In this document: positions 7,202-11,610 of the stretch, in pieces
Layout: each line of letters starts with the position of its first letter
How positions within the stretch are numbered: position 1 is the first letter of the stretch
From: an uncultured Deinococcales bacterium
GTDB taxonomy: Bacteria; Deinococcota; Deinococci; Deinococcales; JAAFIG01
DNA: 11,610 bases
Direction of reading: 5' to 3'
Assembly (NCBI GenBank): GCA_964247135.1
Contig: CAXTTL010000155.1
Coordinates: 1 to 11,610 of the forward strand
The notes under the pieces: generated by a model
Told to the model about the DNA's origin: nothing
The model's database searches: none
What the model saw: the letters and a program-made list of their open reading frames with translations, nothing else
Position numbers and translations under genes: made by a program

Positions 7202-8007
7202 CCTTCTATGGTGGTGGCTTTAGAGAGTGCCGTCAGAATGCTCAAGGCATCAGGGTAACGGTTGGCAGGGTTTTTCTCGAGCAACCGCAGCGCCACCTGG
7301 TCGAGCACGTGCGAGTGTCGCCCCTCGCGCAGGCTCGAGGGGTCTGGAGGCAGTTGCGACAGGTGCGCCCGCATGACCTCTTGCGGTTCACCCTCGAAGG
7401 GGTGCTGACCGGTGATCCCCCAGTAGAGCATCACGCCAGCCGAGTACAGGTCGGCGGCAGGGGTCAACGGCAAACCGCGCACGGCTTCTGGGGAAAGGTA
7501 CGCCAGCGTTCCAGGGGTCAGGCGGTCACGAAAGACCTCGTTGCTGGGTCCGCTCAGGTCAAAATCGAGTAATTTTGCTTCCAGGCTGCCAGGTTTGATG
7601 CCGGGTGAAACCACGATGTTGTCTGGTTTCAAATCGCGGTGAACAAGACCTTTTTCGTGCATGACCGACAAACCCTCGAGCACCTGAACAAAAACCTCGA
7701 GAAACTGCTTTAAGCCGTGATACGCCACCCATTCACTAAAACGCTGCCCAGGGGCGAAGGGCATCAAGGTTCCAGGTTGCCCCTCGAGGGTGATGCGCTC
7801 CAGAACTGGATTGAGGTTTTTATGATGCAAATCCTTGCCGACCAGAAATTCGCGGTCGGCTCGGGCTGCCATTTCGTTGGGGAACAGTTTCACGGCGTAA
7901 GGCGTGCCGAACAAATCGAATGCCAAATACACGACGCTGCTCGCCCCGCGAGCGATAGGACGCACGATGGTGTACTTGTCGAGCAAGACCGTTCCAGCAA
8001 TCGCCAT
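7198..8007 (-). CDS. Hanks-type serine/threonine protein kinase, catalytic domain only (269 aa)
   Basis: IARGASSVVY (P-loop), YAVKLF, VHRDLKPDNI, LLDFDLS, GTLAYLSPE, ADLYSAGVMLY, TGQHPF, KNPANRY. TATCAT (8015-8020, minus) lies 7 nt before the ATG. Confidence 0.92.
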   Translation of the reverse strand: MAIAGTVLLDKYTIVRPIARGASSVVYLAFDLFGTPYAVKLFPNEMAARADREFLVGKDLHHKNLNPVLERITLEGQPGTLMPFAPGQRFSEWVAYHGLKQFLEVFVQVLEGLSVMHEKGLVHRDLKPDNIVVSPGIKPGSLEAKLLDFDLSGPSNEVFRDRLTPGTLAYLSPEAVRGLPLTPAADLYSAGVMLYWGITGQHPFEGEPQEVMRAHLSQLPPDPSSLREGRHSHVLDQVALRLLEKNPANRYPDALSILTALSKATTIEG

Positions 8008-8055
8008 TGGTTCGATGATAACGCATTCTCGAGCGCGGCGTGGTTGTTTCCAGGT

Positions 8056-9018
8056 TTAGCTCGAAGGTTGAAGGCTCACGGCAGCCGTTTGCGGGGAGCG
8101 AACCACGATCAAAACACCAACCAACAAGACCAAACCGCCCAGAATAATTCCAAACCCAGGGATTTCTTTAAACAAGAATATGGCGCCCAGGGCACTGCCA
8201 ATCGGCTCGAGCAAGACCACCGAGGCGACCACGGCAGGATTGAGGTATTTGACCGCCCAGTTGACGCTGGTGTGACCGATCAGTTGCGGGATCAAACCGA
8301 GCAGCAGTATCCAGAAATACGTCTCGAGCGGATACTGGAATGGTTGCAAGCCAAAGACAAATGGCATGGGAACAAGCACCAGCGCCGCAGTGCCGTAGGC
8401 GATGCCCGCGTAACTGCGCAGGCTTAAACCCAAATGCTGGCTGTTGCGTCCGAGCAAATAATAGGCAGCCCCCGCAAACGCGCCGAGCAGCGCCAAGCCG
8501 TCGCCCAAAAGCGGGTTTTGAAAGCCGCCCGTGTTGCTGGCGTCGCCAATGCCAATCAGAATGCCGCCCGCGAAAGTCACGAGCAGACCCACAAGCTCCA
8601 TTTGGCTGGGTTTTTGCTTTAACACCAGCCAGGCGTAAAGACTGAGCCACAGCGGGTTTGAGGTCACGATGGCGGTGCTGGCGGCAATTGAGGTCAAACC
8701 CAGGCTGACAATCCAGAACGTGAAATGCGCTGCCAGGGCAATGCCCGCAAAAACGCTCAGCCAAATTGCTTTTTGGAAGACTCGAGGCTCGCGGGATTTT
8801 TGTTCTTGGATTAAAGTTTGAAAGCCCAATGGTGTGGCTATCAGTGCAGCCACCAGGATTCTGCCCGCCGCGATCACCACGCCAAAGGCGGCGTCGCTCG
8901 AGAGTGAGGCATTGCGTGAGAGCCTGATCAAAATGGCGGCGAACGACATTGCCAGCAAACCCATTAAAAGCACCGAATTGATTTTGAAACGACTTGGTTG
9001 ACCCGAGGTTGAGTTCAC
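8056..9018 (-). CDS. DMT superfamily (EamA) transporter, about 10 TM helices
   Basis: Hydrophobic two-repeat protein with SFAAILIR, ALAAHFTFWIVSLGLTSIAAST, GDGLALLGA, PQLIGHTSVNWAVKYL, LLEPIGS. Start placed at GTG 9018 because TGtTAGACT lies 7 nt upstream; GTG 9024 is the alternative. Confidence 0.9.
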   Translation of the reverse strand: MNSTSGQPSRFKINSVLLMGLLAMSFAAILIRLSRNASLSSDAAFGVVIAAGRILVAALIATPLGFQTLIQEQKSREPRVFQKAIWLSVFAGIALAAHFTFWIVSLGLTSIAASTAIVTSNPLWLSLYAWLVLKQKPSQMELVGLLVTFAGGILIGIGDASNTGGFQNPLLGDGLALLGAFAGAAYYLLGRNSQHLGLSLRSYAGIAYGTAALVLVPMPFVFGLQPFQYPLETYFWILLLGLIPQLIGHTSVNWAVKYLNPAVVASVVLLEPIGSALGAIFLFKEIPGFGIILGGLVLLVGVLIVVRSPQTAAVSLQPSS

Positions 9019-9025
9019 AACCACG

Positions 9026-9045
9026 AGTCTAACAGCCTTTATACT
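9026..9045. promoter_or_regulatory. Back-to-back -10 boxes for the divergent DMT and AlaX genes
   Basis: Minus-strand TGtTAGACT (hexamer 9026-9031) and plus-strand TATACT (9040-9045), each 7-8 nt from a start codon. No SD motifs. Confidence 0.6.
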
Positions 9046-9053
9046 GGCAAGAC

Positions 9054-10241
9054 ATGACGCAGACCATTCAAAAACTTTACCGCCAGGATTCTTACCTCAA
9101 AGAATTTCGTGCCACCGTGATTGGAACTGAATTGATTGCTGGCAACACCGAGGTCGTGCTCGATCAAACCGTGTTTTACCCCACCGCAGGGGGTCAACCC
9201 TACGACACCGGATTTTTAAATCAAGCCAGGGTTCTCGAGGTGCGCGAGTCAAAAGGGGACAGTCAGATTGTGCACGTGCTCGAGGGTCAGGTCGCGTTTG
9301 AAATTGGTAGCGATGTGATTGGCAAAATTGATTGGGCGCGGCGTTTTGATCACATGCAGCAACACACGGGCGAGCACATGCTCGGGCAAGCTTTTTTTCG
9401 GCAAAATGCCCATGTGATTGCCGTCAACATGGAACGTGGTATTTGCACGCTCGATCTCGAGCACAGCATCACCGAAGACATGGCGCTCGAGGCGGAACGG
9501 ATTTGCAACAAAGCAATTTGGGCGAATCATGAGATCACTTCCTATGAAGTCCACGATTCCGAAATCGCTAGCGTCCCGTTGCGCCGAACTGCAAAAGTTT
9601 CGGGCATGATTCGCGTGGTGCAAATTGGCGATTATGACTACAGCGCTTGCGGCGGCACACATTTGCGTTCGAGCAGCGAGGTTGGCATGGTCAAAATCCT
9701 CAAACTCGAGCGGATTAAATCTGGAGCGACCCGCGTGTACTTTATTTGCGGCTCGAGGTGTTTAACGGATTACGGTTTCAAGCACGAATTTGTCAGCAGT
9801 CTCGGGCTTAAATTCTCAACCGCACCCGAGAATGTTCCAGCCCGTACCGAAGCGCTGCTCGAGGAACTCAACTCAAGCAAAAAAGAACGCTTGAGCCTCA
9901 GAGCAAACTACGCCGATTTACTGGCGGCAAGTCTGCTCGAAAAGTCTTTTCCAGTGGTGGTTCACACACTTTCCGACCCGAGTTTGTTGGCTGATGTCGC
10001 AAAAGCCATTGCGGCTCGAGAGGGTGCAATTGGGATTTTGGGGGCAGTTGACGGCGCTCGAGCTTTGCTGGCGGTGGGTTGCGGTGTCGGCTCGAGCAAT
10101 AACGCCAACGATGTTTTAAAGCTTGGTTTGCCGTTTGTTGAGGGCAAGGGTGGCGGCAAACCCGACATGGCGCAGGGCAGTGGAACAAACCCAAGCGGCT
10201 TGGCGGCGGCATTGGAGGCAATGGCAAAATCGTTGCGTTAA
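9054..10241 (+). CDS. Free-standing alanyl-tRNA editing protein (AlaX-L type) with C-terminal DHHA1/C-Ala domain (395 aa)
   Basis: KLYRQDSYLKEF, VLDQTVFYPTAGGQPYDTG, zinc-binding HMQQHTGEH (HxxxH) and SACGGTH (CxxxH), C-terminal GKGGGKPDMAQG. No aminoacylation domain. Confidence 0.92.
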   Translation: MTQTIQKLYRQDSYLKEFRATVIGTELIAGNTEVVLDQTVFYPTAGGQPYDTGFLNQARVLEVRESKGDSQIVHVLEGQVAFEIGSDVIGKIDWARRFDHMQQHTGEHMLGQAFFRQNAHVIAVNMERGICTLDLEHSITEDMALEAERICNKAIWANHEITSYEVHDSEIASVPLRRTAKVSGMIRVVQIGDYDYSACGGTHLRSSSEVGMVKILKLERIKSGATRVYFICGSRCLTDYGFKHEFVSSLGLKFSTAPENVPARTEALLEELNSSKKERLSLRANYADLLAASLLEKSFPVVVHTLSDPSLLADVAKAIAAREGAIGILGAVDGARALLAVGCGVGSSNNANDVLKLGLPFVEGKGGGKPDMAQGSGTNPSGLAAALEAMAKSLR

Positions 10242-10582
10242 AGATTTTGTGGTGGTTCTGGAGGTAAGGCTTTTTTCTTTCTGGGTCCAAAACTGGCAAC
10301 GACCGCGCCAATAAAACCAGCCGCCAGTGCCGTTAAACCGAACAACCGAATTGCAGCCAAAACAAAATTCACGCCTTCGCCAAGGTCTTCAAAATTTAAC
10401 ACCGCACTCAGTTGCCGTAATCCAAGAATGGTGACGATTGCCCCGAGCAGACCAAACAGCAAGCCCCACAAGCCAACCTTCCAACCCCGAATCAAGCGCC
10501 CCAGGAGCTTGCGCAGCAACCAAGAAACGCTGAACGAACCAATAAAAACCAACACTTCCAAAAGAATCAATTGACCGCTCAT
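10238..10582 (-). CDS. Hypothetical membrane protein (114 aa, about 3 TM segments)
   Basis: Three hydrophobic stretches with basic flanks (LLRKLLGRLIR, PRKKK) and a Pro-rich tail. It fills the gap after AlaX, and TATTAT (10588-10593, minus) lies 5 nt before the ATG. Confidence 0.65.
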   Translation of the reverse strand: MSGQLILLEVLVFIGSFSVSWLLRKLLGRLIRGWKVGLWGLLFGLLGAIVTILGLRQLSAVLNFEDLGEGVNFVLAAIRLFGLTALAAGFIGAVVASFGPRKKKALPPEPPQNL

Positions 10583-10805
10583 GATTCATAATACGTGGTT
10601 TTGTCAATTAACGTTCCAAGTTTTTGCTTTTGAAGTCTTAAGGTTGGTGAATTGAATCGAGGTGGCGTTGCCCAAGGAGCCTTGAGAATGCGTGGCATTA
10701 TTTCCAGTTCAACTGCTGCCGGCGGCTCGAGAGGCTGTGCTTCACGGCTCGAAACAACGCATTTTGCATTCGGATACAGGGCGCTTTCAATGTTGTGGGT
10801 AATGC

Positions 10806-10833
10806 TTGACCAACAACTTTGAAGTGTTAAACT
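10806..10833 (+). promoter_or_regulatory. Sigma70-type promoter for the sugar ABC operon
   Basis: TTGACC (10806-10811), 16-nt spacer, TAAACT (10828-10833) preceded by an extended TG. A strong SD GGAGGAGG (10882-10889) follows downstream. Confidence 0.6.
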
Positions 10834-10893
10834 CGAGCGGAAGCACAGATCGTGCAATACAATCCATCAGGGTCAACCTATGGAGGAGGACGT

Positions 10894-11610
10894 ATGAAAA
10901 CAAAAACATTCGCAACACTCGCAGCGTTTGGTTTGGCGGCGGGGGCATTGGCGTTATCGGCAGCCACAGCCCAATCCAAAACCACGATCACCGTGTTTTT
11001 TGGTTCGACCTTTAGACCAGATTTGATGCGTCCGATTTTTGATCGTTTTGAACAAGCCAACCCAGACATTCAAGTCAAACAAGAACTGGGCGGCGCGACC
11101 TCAGAATTGCAAAACCAGTACCTGACCACGGTGCTGTCTGCCAAAGACTCGAGCTTGGATGCGTTTTTGATCGACGTGATTCGCCCAGCCCAATTCCAAT
11201 CGCAAGGTTGGCTCGAGCCGATGGACAAGTATTTGGGCGGTTCTCAAAAAGCCCAAGAATTCTTGGCTGGTTACTTGCCAGGTCCGATCAATGCCGACAA
11301 GATCAACTCTCAAATTTGGGCGCTTCCTGCCACCACCGACACGCAGTTTTTGTACTACCGCAAAGATTTGCTCGCCAAGTACAACCTCAAAGTGCCCAAG
11401 ACTTGGGAAGAAGTGATTAGCCAAGCCCAAACCATCACCAAGGGCGAGAACAACCCGCAGTTGCAAGGTTTGAACTTCCAGGGCGCACCCATCGAGGGCG
11501 CGGTCTGCACTTTCTTGCAACCATTCTGGGCGGCAGGTGGCGAAGTGCTGCAAAATGGCAAAGTCAACGTCAATTCCGAAGCCGGACGCAAAGCTTTAAA
11601 CTTGTGGGTT
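10894..11610 (+). CDS. Sugar ABC transporter substrate-binding protein (family 1, trehalose/maltose-like), 3'-truncated
   Basis: Not in the ORF track because it has no stop in the window. Manual translation: MKTKTFATLAAFGLAAGALALSAATAQSKTTITVFFG (signal peptide)...FEQANPDIQVK...LDAFLIDVIRPAQF...GWLEPMD...WALPATTDTQFLYYRKDLLAKYNLKVPKTWEE...QGAPIEGAVCTFL. SD GGAGGAGG precedes the ATG. Confidence 0.92.
   Translation, partial: MKTKTFATLAAFGLAAGALALSAATAQSKTTITVFFGSTFRPDLMRPIFDRFEQANPDIQVKQELGGATSELQNQYLTTVLSAKDSSLDAFLIDVIRPAQFQSQGWLEPMDKYLGGSQKAQEFLAGYLPGPINADKINSQIWALPATTDTQFLYYRKDLLAKYNLKVPKTWEEVISQAQTITKGENNPQLQGLNFQGAPIEGAVCTFLQPFWAAGGEVLQNGKVNVNSEAGRKALNLWV

Larger units (their letters stand above)
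191..11217. repeat. Dispersed, highly iterated palindrome CTCGAG (about 70 copies across the window)
   Basis: Manual scan found about 70 exact copies, e.g. 191, 241, 278, 427, 542, 613, 979, 1006, 4079, 4098, 4138, 5040, 6149, 6160, 6196, 6552, 6594, 8028, 10832, 11212. About 3 are expected by chance in 11.6 kb. Confidence 0.95.

Noticed and set aside
7717-8764. ORFs 7717-8427 (+) and 8168-8764 (-)
   Set aside because: They overlap the well-supported kinase and DMT genes in shadow or alternative frames and lack protein-family features.
10602-10607. Perfect TTGACA on the minus strand upstream of the membrane-protein gene
   Set aside because: It is only 8 nt from the TATTAT box, and no -10 lies at 16-18 nt spacing.
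10579-10857. 92-aa minus ORF ending in an ATGA overlap with the membrane-protein gene
   Set aside because: It runs through the ABC promoter, has no SD or properly placed -10, and no recognisable motif. A shorter peptide here cannot be excluded, and the 10600-10800 region remains unexplained.
191-11217. CTCGAG abundance as an XhoI cloning or assembly artefact, or as a CRISPR/REP/tandem repeat
   Set aside because: The sites sit inside intact conserved reading frames as synonymous choices, their flanks are unrelated and their spacing is irregular. No repeat-spacer structure or cas genes were seen.
11101-11591. ORFs 11101-11553 (-), 11208-11420 (+) and 11355-11591 (-)
   Set aside because: Shadows of the substrate-binding protein gene that starts at 10894.

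Overview
Mostly housekeeping chromosomal window (roughly 50-55% GC by eye) from a bacterium that is very likely Deinococcota, judged from the Thermus/Deinococcus-type SecA insertions and the TANNNT boxes directly before start codons. Gene order: 5'-truncated GT4 glycosyltransferase (+), secA (+), an AT-rich, apparently foreign PD-(D/E)XK-like ORF (-), ychF (-), DUF427 protein (+), Cys-less DJ-1/PfpI protein (+), stand-alone Hanks-type Ser/Thr kinase (-), DMT/EamA transporter (-), AlaX-type editing protein with DHHA1 domain (+), small membrane protein (-), and a 3'-truncated sugar ABC substrate-binding protein (+) that the ORF track misses. The most striking signal is not a gene. The palindrome CTCGAG occurs about 70 times by my manual count (about 3 expected), in all three reading frames. 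It encodes every Leu-Glu pair in secA (10/10) and ychF (6/6), is denser in intergenic DNA, sits in terminator stems and promoter regions, and is absent from the AT-rich gene, which is bracketed by two copies. This resembles the cyanobacterial HIP1 phenomenon with a different motif. All counts and family assignments are by eye; no searches were run.
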